This document shows positions 49,201-61,200 of a stretch of DNA of 64,000 bases, piece by piece. Below the pieces are notes generated by a model, which was not told where the DNA came from, ran no database searches, and saw only the letters and a program-made list of their open reading frames with translations. Both the position numbers and the translations under genes were made by a program. Position 1 is the stretch's first letter; each line of letters starts with the position of its first letter. This stretch comes from Laetmonice hystrix (lineage: Eukaryota). The DNA lies in the NCBI GenBank assembly GCA_965235115.1, contig OZ249436.1, forward strand, positions 5,148,001-5,212,000, given 5' to 3'.

Positions 49201-52200
49201 ACCAGTTGGAACATATTCTCGACGAATACGGAGGTTGGTTTCAGGGCAAGGGCCTCAGCGAACTCATGCTTGGTCAGCTCGCACGTGATGATCTCGTGCA
49301 TCTGTTTGCCATCAACCTTCAACCGGCGTAACTCCTCCGGGTCCGACTCGTACTTGAATGCCTTCAAACAGACGCATATGGACTACATCTAGGGGCTGTT
49401 CTTATACAAAATTTCTGTTTCATTGCTAAGGGCCTTTACGGCATAGTTTCTAATTAATTTGAAAACCTATATTTTAAAACGACCCTCACAGATTTAATAG
49501 AGGCGCCCAAAAATTGCTCTTTTGGTCTGCTATGGATCCAAACATAATGCTGAGCATGCTTGCCCAAATGATCTGGCGAGGTACCCGGGGAGTAGAACAT
49601 GCAGAGCTAAGAACACTGATCAAGGGAAAAGTTCACCAGAAACTCGTTTTTCAAAGGTGGAAGGAAACAGGACGTAATAACGTACATATGCAAATGTCAC
49701 ACGGAAGAATCGTTCGAGAAGTTTCCTGCGGGACTCCTTGGTGATGGCCGTTTTGAAGATTTGGCGTTCTGTCATCGGGATAGGCTGACTGACGGAGATC
49801 TGAAGGCGCTCTAGGAACGCTCGGAATTCGGACAGGAACTGTTCTCGGAACTCAAGGTCGTCAAACCTTAAAACCTGCCAGGGCAGAACAAACCATCACT
49901 GGTTGATTTACAATTGAAATGATCAAAACGTTCGATTTATTTGACTGCATTCTTTGAATGCCAAATGCGTTATTCTCAGCTCTATCTATTAATAATTGTT
50001 TTACTTACTAGATCATACTCCTTTGGCACTCGGATACAGCACAGCCTGCTATGCCTGTCAATCGACGTAACGATAGAAATCATGGCACTATCGTCATTGT
50101 CCGACCTCAAGAGAGTGTTGAGATCAATCGTACGCAGAGGTTTACCCCGGGCCGTCTGCACGATCATTAAATGTTTGTTGGTGTCAAACTTGAGGAGAAC
50201 ATCTCGTTCCCCTTCCTTCGGACCCACCCACTCTGAGGCTGAAAAATCACAATGCATAGATTGCTGACACGTGCAGAAACATACTTTGATTCGGGTGGTG
50301 AGGTAAGTCTATGGAGGCAAGGTACTTGGTGAATTAGTTGATTCGCACTGCACCACGTGCAGAGTGGGGGTAACGGAGAAGGGCCCCTCAGTGAAAGTTT
50401 AAACGTTTCAAAATTTAAAGAAAGAGAAAAAAAAAACATGCAGAAAAAACTTTCCACACAGTAAAAATATGACAATTGACATGTCTAAAATGCTTTAAGA
50501 GGACTGCAATGATGGAGCCTTTAACAATGTAAATGAGCTTAAATATAATATCACGGCATGAAATATGATCTTCTCTTCATTATCCTAGCGCTTATGTTAA
50601 GGCAGTTCGTTTTGTGATTCTTCTATACACCTTGAACATTCTCTATACATATATCAATTTACGGATTCATATTAAAAAAATGGCATAACAGCTCACACAG
50701 ATGATTAATGGCTCTGAAATAAGACTGAAACCGCGAGCTGATATAGGAGGAAACTTAACAGAGATGACAGACTGCCATCAATTAAAGGAAAAGGCATGAA
50801 AGAAGGATGAGCAATTCTGTTCGATATTCAAAATCTAAGAAGTAAGGATAAACCTCTTTCATACAGAAAATTAAAACTATACAGCGTGCGCGCGGGTACG
50901 GGCCTATGTATACCGTGAGATTGATGTATTAATGGGGCGACAGATAAAGGGGGTGTCTCTATACAAACTATAGGGGCAAAACATGCAACGTCTTACACCA
51001 ACACACCACACTAAATGATCATACTACATGACTATCCCCAACCACCATTCCAACTAAAACCACAAAACTAATAATATGTCAATGACAGCTAACAATATTA
51101 ACTTGGTAAAAAATTAAATGCTTTGTAACATTATAAAGAAAAATAAAATCACGAAGGCAGCTTGGATGTCTACAAATGGCCAGACCTGGTTCTCTCACGA
51201 TTCACCCAAATGCCACACTTTGTCTCCGAAAAGAAAAGCATCCAGATAGGCATAAAATATTCTGTAACTTCTGACTCAGATAATATCTTATCTGTGAACG
51301 ACTGAACCGGGATGTAAATATACATGTAAATTTTGACGTTTAATCATAGCAATGGACTGTCCAAACGTTCTAAACCACAGAGCCCCTTCAATAAAGGCTA
51401 TAAAAGACAGGCTCTGCTCCAAGCTCACATAAGCCTTTGTTACAAAACAAAGTTGAGATATTGCGGAAAATCTTTGTGGCACTATAGCAAACCTTTCAGA
51501 ATTAAAGCAGAGAAGACGACTTAAATGCCTGCACATGCACGTCAACAACTGAAATTTCGTAGAAGGTCCCGAAGTTATAATATAATTTAACTACCGAAAA
51601 GAAAAACATTGAAAAATCGTAGCTCGTAATTATTTCAAAATGGGGAGGGGGTAGGACCCCTGAGGGGAGAGGTCATAGGGCCAAAGACAAATTTAGCTGT
51701 ATTTCCTAATGTCAGCTGGATATATACGGGAATATGTTATAAAAAATCGATTTGTCTCAATGCTACCCAAATGAATCATACACGTCACCAGAATGAAAAG
51801 CTAGTTAATTCATTTCAACCTGAACAGTGACATAAAATAAATGTTGGTAAATAGAGTGGTAATCATAGAACACGTCATTCTGGTTTACTTCCATTCCTCC
51901 GACAATTTGAGTCTCCAGATCCGTAACGTACGGCCATTTTATTCCGGATATCAAGGTGGCATGCTAGAAACAACTAACAAACCAGCCTAGAGCCTGTAAC
52001 GTCTATAGCGGATCGACAGTGCAAAGCATCGAGGCCAAACGTGAACCGGTGATTGCAACCTATCTGCATGGACCTCCGGCCACCGCGTGCAAGGGTACTC
52101 ATGTCAGCACTGCTGTGGGAGGCCCAACGACCTACACAGCGACACAGCGCACGTCGGCAGAAAACACATCAGATTTATAAACCCCTTATCCAAATTTTGG

Positions 52201-55200
52201 GAGTTTATCCAAAGTTATATTGAATGTTCTTAAACCGGTTTTCATTGCAATCTGCGGACAGTAAATAAAACATGTTTGGAAAACTTTTTTTTCTGCTTTA
52301 TTTTTTACTTGGGGGGGGGGGGGTACTTTGGTTGGTAAGTGCTTTAGGTTTCGGTGTTGGTATACCGACACCATACGAATTGTCACCGGGAGAGGGCTGA
52401 TTGTGAGGGAACGTTTAACCACGGCACTAAGATGAAGCACATTGGGGGATGGCCATGCACCCTATAAACAACAGGGCATTCTATAATTTGTTGCACTCGA
52501 TTTGAAAAGATGCGTAATTGACCGTGGCATAAAAGCCTCTAGACTAGTGGTATGGAAACTCGCCAGACGTAACTGTTAGGAAAAATTTTCCTTATCCAAA
52601 CTAAAATTTCTTCCAGATTAAACAAGTATTATAAGTCTGAGGGGATTTTAAAAATTCCGGCTTTTAATGGAATATCATTTGGCTTTATTTCCATTGCATT
52701 TCCATGATAAAATTACTTGCTTTATAAGTAATTTTGAGTCGGTGAAGATGGAAGATACTTTCCATATGTAGGGATATCATATCCGTAATAGAGCCAATAG
52801 TAAATACATAAATATGACAAGTACGTTAAAAAAGACGAGTGCGAGAAAGTTTAGAATACCCTGTGTCACCTTATCCCAGCGAATATATATATATATATGC
52901 AACGTGGTGGGATATGCAGTAGAAGAAAGGTTACCCCGAATTTTTTTCTTTTTCCGTTTTCTCTTGTACTGCTTTTCATCGATGAAAAGTTGATAATATA
53001 GTCTTACGTGGTTGAGCAGATAGAACACACCGGGAGAGCTGCCTGGAAGTGGGTCAGAGTAAGTATGAATGTATGAATGCATATACCCTGAACACGAGGT
53101 GGCGCAGATAGGGTTGCGGAAGCAGGAAACAAAAGAAAGCAAATAATCTTAACAGACTGATTGGTGCTTGTATGAAAATGGTCTCCATGTGGTTGGTTGT
53201 AACTTGCACCGTTTGGAAATCCTACTTTTGGAAGTCGGTGTGTACCTTGATACTTCTTTCATACCTCAGTTTGTACAGCTAATACATGAGTGATACACAA
53301 TCATTAACCACACCCTCAGGTCCTCGTAGGAAACCGGTAATGGCGGTTATATTTGATAAACAATTATTGTGTTCTGACAACGTCGCAGGTAACCTTTGAA
53401 TGTGTTCTTGAATACATTGTCAGTTCCTACTCCACTACTCATTTAGTGAGTACGTCGTTGGACATTCCTGCAATCATCCTACAGTAGCGCTCAATTAAAA
53501 TGACGAGGGTCCCCAAAAAGTTCCTACAGATTCAAGATCTTGCTTAAGCTTAAGCTTAACGCTTCTGATTGGCTGGTCTACCAGCCAATCAGAAACGTTT
53601 AACTCAAACTTAGACAACATTTTAAGTTTTTAGGAACTGGGCTCAGATATTTAAGGGGAAAGCGCGTTTGAAGGAGCAAATTAACTCTAATATAAGCTAC
53701 TAAACTACATGCTTGCTATGGATATCACTTATAATACTCCAAACCTGGAGTAGTCTCACAGTCGTACGGCATGGTAAGCAGGGATAGAAAAAAGTCCCGG
53801 TGTAACATTCTAAAAGTACGAAATTCCGCGGGCTAAATCTGCGCTTCCATCTGTGGACAGTGTCCGTGAGATACATGTGCAGATCCACGGAACTTCTACA
53901 AAGGAAGAACTTCTAAAGTGCGACAGGTCAGTTTGAAGACCGTGACCACCATTTATACTGTCCCCTGCTATTTCTCCTTGGTCTATTTAGAAAATCTTAT
54001 TAAAATGACAAATAAGAATGACGAGTACCTGTGGCTGCCTTTTGGTATGATACTCACTAGTCCGTGCATTCATTCACAGTCATTCTTACTCGGTCACAAT
54101 GACGGAGCAAGGTGCGGACACAAACACAAAGAGCACTCTGGGCATGACCAAACTATCTCATAGTTGAATTATCACTTACGACTCGAGACTCTCATAAAAA
54201 TCTAAAATCTCATATCAGTAAACGAATACTGTCATGCCATCCAAAATCTCATAACAGTGATAAATCAATCTAATTCCATCGTGAGAGGTGATTCGTAAAG
54301 TCGTGATTCCTGTTACCAAGGCGTATATTCTGTACAATAATACAATTAAGGCAATCTTTAAACATCACATGCTGTGAATTCAAGATCTAAACTTCTAAAA
54401 TCTCTTTGTACAGTTGTTACCGGCATGGTCAAACCCGAGAAGTCCGCTTTGACTCCGTAGAGCTTGCATGGAAAAGCAACGATTATCATATTGAATATCG
54501 ACAGGAGTGCTATGGCAGTGGCTTCATAGTAATTAGTGTTTATCTGGTGAAAGTATGGTGCAGTTCCTGGATATGCATGGCTACTTTCTCATCACTTTAA
54601 GCCACTATTATGAACGGAATAGCTACTCTTGCTGCCATGTCTAACTACGACACTGGGTCTGTGCATACCGACCTCGCGACTAGAGCCAAGCAAGGGACGA
54701 GACATAACATCGAACAATAGAACTTTGTTAGTTAACGATTTCATATGCTGTTTGTCAGGTATCTACATAATGTTGGAATGACGTCACCTACCTGGTGTGA
54801 CTTCACCACGCGATGCGTGTTTGGCACTTTTTGCGCGGACTAAAGCCTTCTCTTTTTGGACTCGTCGTTTTGTCGTCTGCGCCAGACAGAGTAGCAGGAC
54901 GACCATTACTGCAAGGGAGAGCATGCCAGAATATAGACAACGAGTCAATCTCTGCGCTAAACATAGCTTCTGATTTACAGAGATATTCATAATAAAAGAG
55001 AAACTATCATGTCAGTGGGTATTTGAGGTACTCACGGGCAAGGAAGACCCCAATGGCAGCAAAGGTGAGAGCAAAAGCAACCTCACTGCCTGTGAAGTAG
55101 TCGAAGGTCTTCTGCTCTGTGCATTCTTCCATGTGGTCCGGGTTGCTGCCGTTCAGTTGGAATGGTTGTGGGCACGGGTCACCTGTCACCATACCGAATA

Positions 55201-58200
55201 TACTTAGTCTTCCAAAATATCTAAGTAACTCAAAGGACTACGATTTCATATTGTGAGTGGGCATTTCACGCAAGGAGCCAACCAGAAACATTAAGCTAAA
55301 CCAAAATCTTAAATTTCTGAAAACTGGGCCTATATATTTAAATCAGTCCGTTTCTATCTATACGTTGCATGTAGAGACCCTTCTCGTGAGAAGTTCACTA
55401 GAGTACTACCTGCCCGGAAGAAGAACGGATCGTCCTGGATGGCTGTCGTGGGTATATTAGTGACTGCAAGGATGATGTCCTTAATGGTCGTATCGTTAAT
55501 CTCGGTCACCTCCGCCTCCGTGTACAAACTACAAGATAAAACCCCACAATACAATAATACGCGCCTTATACACATGCTTTCTCTTTTTTGATTTCGTCTT
55601 GATATCAATGGAGAAATGTTGGAGAAAGGACTAGCACAGTTTTGATAGTATGGACACTCATGAGACTTTCAGGTCATAAGAAAGTGGACGTGTGGGGACT
55701 TACCCGTTGAGGCGGTAATTCTCGTACCAGAACCGATCTCCGTTCCGTATCCGGTTAAACTGATCTATGATGATAGCAGTGAACGTTGATCCTGGACCGT
55801 CTGCTGTCGTCTCCAGCAAACCTCCCGGCCACAGATCGACGTTGTTAATGTTATCCTCATATACATCTCTCAGTCGGTCAAATATCTGAACAGATAATCA
55901 GGTTAATGTTACACATCTCTCAGTCGGTCAAATATCTGAACAGATAATCAGGTTAATGTTACACATCTCTCAGTCGGTCAAATATCTGAACAGATAATCA
56001 GGTTAATGTTACACATCTCTCAGTCGGTCAAATATCTGAACAGATAATCAGGTTAATGTTACACATCTCTCAGTCGGTCAAAATATCTGAACAGATAATC
56101 AGGTTAATGTTATCTTCATACACATCTCTCAGTCGGTCAAATATCTGAACAGATAATCAGGTTAATGTTACACATCTCTCAGTCGGTCAAATATCTGAAC
56201 AGATAATCAGGTTAATGTTACACATCTCTCAGTCGGTCAAAGATCTGAACAGATAATCAGGTTAATGTTATCATCTCTCAGTCGGTCAAATATCTGAACA
56301 GATAATCAGGTTAATGTTATCATCTCTCAGTCGGTCAAATATCTGAACAGATAATCAGGTTAATGTTGTCATCATACACATCTCTCAGTCGGTCAAAATA
56401 TCTGAACAGATAATCAGGTTAATGTTATCGTCATACACATCTCTCAGTCGGTCAAAATATCTGAACAGATAATCAGGTTAATGTTATCCTCATACACATC
56501 TCTCAGTCGGTCAAAATATCTGAACAGATAATCAGGTTAATGTTATCATCATACACATCTCTCAGTCGGTCAAATACCTGAACAGATAATCAGGTTAATG
56601 TTATCATCTCTCAGTCGGTCAAATATCTGAACAGATAATCAGGTTAATGTTACACATTTCTCAGTCGGTCAAATATCTGAACAGATAATCAGGTTAATGT
56701 TATCATCATACACATCTCTCAGTCGGTCAAATATCTGAACAGACAATCAGGTTAATGTTATCCTCATACACATCTCTCAGTCGGTCAAAATATCTGAACA
56801 GATAATCAGGTTAATGTTATCCTCATACACATCTCTCAGTCGGTCAAATATCTGAACAGATAATCAGGTTAATGTTACACATCTCTCAGTCGGTCAAATA
56901 TCTGAACAGATAATCAGGTTAATGTTATCATCTCTCAGTCGGTCAAATATCTGAACAGATAATCAGGTTAATGTTATCGTCATACACATCTCTCAGTCGG
57001 TCAAAATATCTGAACAGATAATCAGGTTAATGTTATACATCTCTCAGTCGGTCAAATATCTGAACAGATAATCAGGTTAATGTTACACATCTCTCAGTCG
57101 GTCAAATATCTGAACAGATAATCAGGTTAATGTTATCCTCATACACATCTCTCAGTCGGTCAAATATCTGAACAGATAATCAGGTTAATGTTGTCATCAT
57201 ACACATCTCTCAGTCGGTCAAAATATCTGAACAGATAATCAGGTTAATGTTATCGTCATACACATCTCTCAGTCGGTCAAAATATCTGAACAGATAATCA
57301 GGTTAATGTTATCATCTCTCAGTCGGTCAAATATCTGAACAGATAATCACGAGTATTGAACGTGATAATGTTTCTTTCGTTGACCTTTTCAAATATACTA
57401 GTAAACTTCAAACTATTTGTTGGGTTTATCAAATCTGTTCAGATCTATGCTTGAATATCTGCGAGTTAGATGTAGGCCGAGCCCCTAATCGTTTTTTTTA
57501 TTGCATGTTAAATTTAAAGCGAGGATTTCGTAAACGGTACGATGACCTTTCCTGGTGTAACTTACTTCCGGTTCGTCGGCATACAGGGTCGGGTTGATGT
57601 CTTCCCACCTCGTGATGGGGTCAAGGCCGTAGTGCATGCGCACTGTGTTGTAGTCCGGCAGACCGTGATCTCTGCCTCGCTGAATGTTTACGGCCATCAG
57701 ATCACGGCGAGAAAACTCCAGTGGACCAAAAACAAAACCTAAACCAAACAGAGGTCTTCTTACTGCTGTTGTAATCATTACAAATCCATTCAGTGTTGAG
57801 TGACACTCGTTGTATGATAATAGCAGGCACGTGTCCAGGATTTTCAGCAGCGGGGGGGGGTCTCAGAATTTTGCTCTGAAACGCGATTCCCCCGCCATTT
57901 TACTTTACATTTTGTAGATTCATCGCTCAACAGGTTCAAAACGGCGGAAATGCTTAGAAAAAATCGCTGAACGGGTTCAAAACGGTGGGAATGCTTAGAA
58001 AAGATCTATGCTCTGTGGGATCAGGTGGGGTCCGGACTCCCTGGACCCCCCCCCCTCTGGACACGCGCCTGAATAGGCTACTCCTTTAAAACAATATAAC
58101 AACAATTTAAAGTGAGCATTATTCCATGAGTTGGGGCACACCAGTACAAACACTGTCCTCTCATAAACTAATATGATAAACACGTAACGGGATGAGGGCC

Positions 58201-61200
58201 CTTCACGGTAGGAAAGCATGGAACGAGATGCCTGGAGCATGAATACGGCACGACACCGGGAGCATCGAGTTCCATACTTTCCCGCCATGGAGGAGCCGAA
58301 TCCTCTTAAGTATGTGCTTGGATTAGTTCTAATTTTAGGAAAACAGACAACATCCTCCCGATCGTGAAAGGCTGTCATTCTTGTTTACGAACCGCGGATG
58401 GCCTGATTTATAATACATGTTTCTGTGCGTCCATAGGGCCCCATACTTAACGTGGCGCTGCCCCAAAACGTGTATCATAAAAACAGTCCATATGGCGCCA
58501 GAGAGCCTGAACAAACTCTAAGCTCTTTGATGGAACACACAATGCCATACGGACCACCATATTGCAGCCCCTGAATGACACTGGCAGATAGAATGCGCAT
58601 ATAATAATAAATATAAGATGTATAGATCTATACTTGTATAGTGTGTCGGTGGGCGACTTACTCACCTCGTAAGTCGGGCGTGATGATATTGTCTTCTCTC
58701 TCTGTCACCTGGGAGGCCATTCCCATCAGGAGCTCGTCAATATCATACTCATTTACGCCCTCCTGCACCAGGCATTCAGGGGGAATACATATGTATATCA
58801 ACAATGTATCTCTCTACATATAACAGGCGCGGAGTTCTTACAGGCCAACTATACCGAATTTGACCTTTTATCTCCGACGAGCTAAATGATGCCCTTTAGG
58901 ATATAACATCACCCCCTCCCAAATATAACCCAGAAAAATTAAATTAAAATACGAAATGTTTAAGGTTATGTTGGACATTGTGGTGTATTTTCTACTTAGA
59001 TTTAGTTTATATTTAAAGCCTATTGTGTTTCCATATCTGTCAATAAAACAATACTACTACTACTACTACTACTACTCTACTACTACTACTACTACTACTA
59101 CTACTCTGTGTACAGGCCTGTCTGGTATTCTGGCGTCATTCTTACCTGAGGATTCCAATAAACATTGCAGGTCCGCAGCGCCGCCCTGCCGGCGTAGAGT
59201 GTAGCCCGACTTGTATTCCGGAAGTTACAGTTAGCGTCTCTGAAATGAAGCACATTTGGTCAGTACAAAAAAAGGAGAAGAAAATAACGTTCTGAAACCT
59301 GTCCTACTGTTCAATGAGTAAGGGAAAACATTAGCCATGTTATTTTACAATTACATTAAATGCAAACGCCACCGGGATGGGAGAAAATGACGATTACAAA
59401 AAGGAAGATCAGTACCTTCTGAAGACACCAGGGGGCACTAGTGTATGGCCGAATCTCATGGCTGCTGATTGGAACACATGAGCGATCCCTGGATGGACGG
59501 TGTTGTCATATCCTGTTGAAAATGTAGTGCAGTAATATCACGGTTATAACGTGCGCAACACTTGTGAATTTTGTTACTCTTCTGTTCATGAAAGCAGGAA
59601 CTTGAAGGTACTGTCCTGTGTAAATCATATACTCGTTTTCGTAGGAATACCTTTATATTATACATATCTACAAATATTTACAAATAGACCATTGATCTAC
59701 ATTGTACACTACTATATCTATGTATATCGGGTGGATAAAAAAAACGCCCCGAACTTTAAACTTCAATATTTCAAAAAGCAATGATTGTAATTCAATGAAA
59801 GTTTTCTTCATATCACTTCATGATGTTGTCTCTTAGTTGTTAATGTTACAAGTCAATAGCTTGGATAATATTTCCGTGGGGCTAAAAACAAAAATCATTG
59901 TACAAAAGCGCAATGCCGTGCTAAAGCGACGTGTAGTCGCACCCAGAGTGCCTGGCATCACACTCGAGTAGGTGGTCAATCGGTCCCCCGTTTTCACTTC
60001 ATACTGCTCTCAGTCTCTTTTTCCATGAGCCAATGCACTTCCTGATCTCTGATAGGGAAATATCTTCCCAACATTGGGAAATATGCAACGTTCTGAATGT
60101 GTTGCTAAACGTGATAATGATACGATTTCCCTTGAACTTCTGGTTACAGTCATATCGTCCTAATGTTGCAGTTTCTCTGTAGGGTTTGGCACATTAAATA
60201 TCTGTTTTTCTTTAGAAGTACTAGGAATAGCACATAATTTATTATATCTAGTGGTCCACAACATTATACATATTGTAAAACATGCAAAAACTAAATATTG
60301 AAATGTTTTTACCCAAGGTACAACGCGGTGCATCAAACAGGTATCAAATTGGACACCTGGCAGCTGCATGATATTTGACCTAATTCCGGCATTGCGTTTT
60401 TAGACACTGATTTTTGTTTTTAGCCCCACGGGATTAATATTAAAACTATTGAGCTGAAACTTTAACATACCAGAGATAATATCATGAAGTGGTATTAAGA
60501 GAAATTTTATTGAATTATAATGCATAGTTTTTGAAATATTAAAGTTTAAAGTTCGGGGCGTTTTTTTTATCCACCCGATATAACATAGAGGGTACTATAT
60601 AGCCCAAGGCGGATATGTCTCATGTTGTCAGACCCAGTAAAATACCTATAGGTAATCCATTCTCAGTACGATATATTCACTCGAGAGGAACGTTTAGCTG
60701 TCAAACCAAAGAGCGACTTTGAACCGTTGTGATCCCATGTGTAAGACTCACCTGGGTAGGGTGGGAGTGGCCGACTTACCCAGGCAGGCAACCAGTCGTA
60801 CGCTACTAGTTTCTGGTAAAACAAAGAAAGAACACTCTCACTCACACACATCTCATCTCGAGGTTATATCCCCTGTGCCTTTTTTGGGTTATAGATTGCA
60901 ATGACCCTTCAGTAAGGTGCTGTCTGAAACAGATATATCCCTTATAGTGAGAACTAAGATGGTCTTCAGGAAGGGCAAGATAACTGGGGCCTGAAGGCTT
61001 CCGGTCGCCCAGTGGTTCCGACTGGGTTTATCATAGGGCGGGGGTGGGGTGGGGGGGGGGCCATTTTCATCATCGTCATCATCACTCACAATGGACTGAA
61101 TAAATGAAAATTATTTGTTCCTCTCCTGAAGACTGCCAACAGCTGCCGACGGAATGTAAACCACGAAAAATGTCGCAACCGCGAGAAATGTCCCAAGAGG

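Noticed and set aside
50241..54789. Possible extra micro-exons in the long Duox intron (for example near 53265-53278)
   Set aside because: Flanking exons already join in phase 1 and the candidates seen do not preserve frame.
59426..59440. CTCF-like CACCAGGGGGCACTA
   Set aside because: Single site inside a Duox coding exon, explained by the LVPPGV codons.
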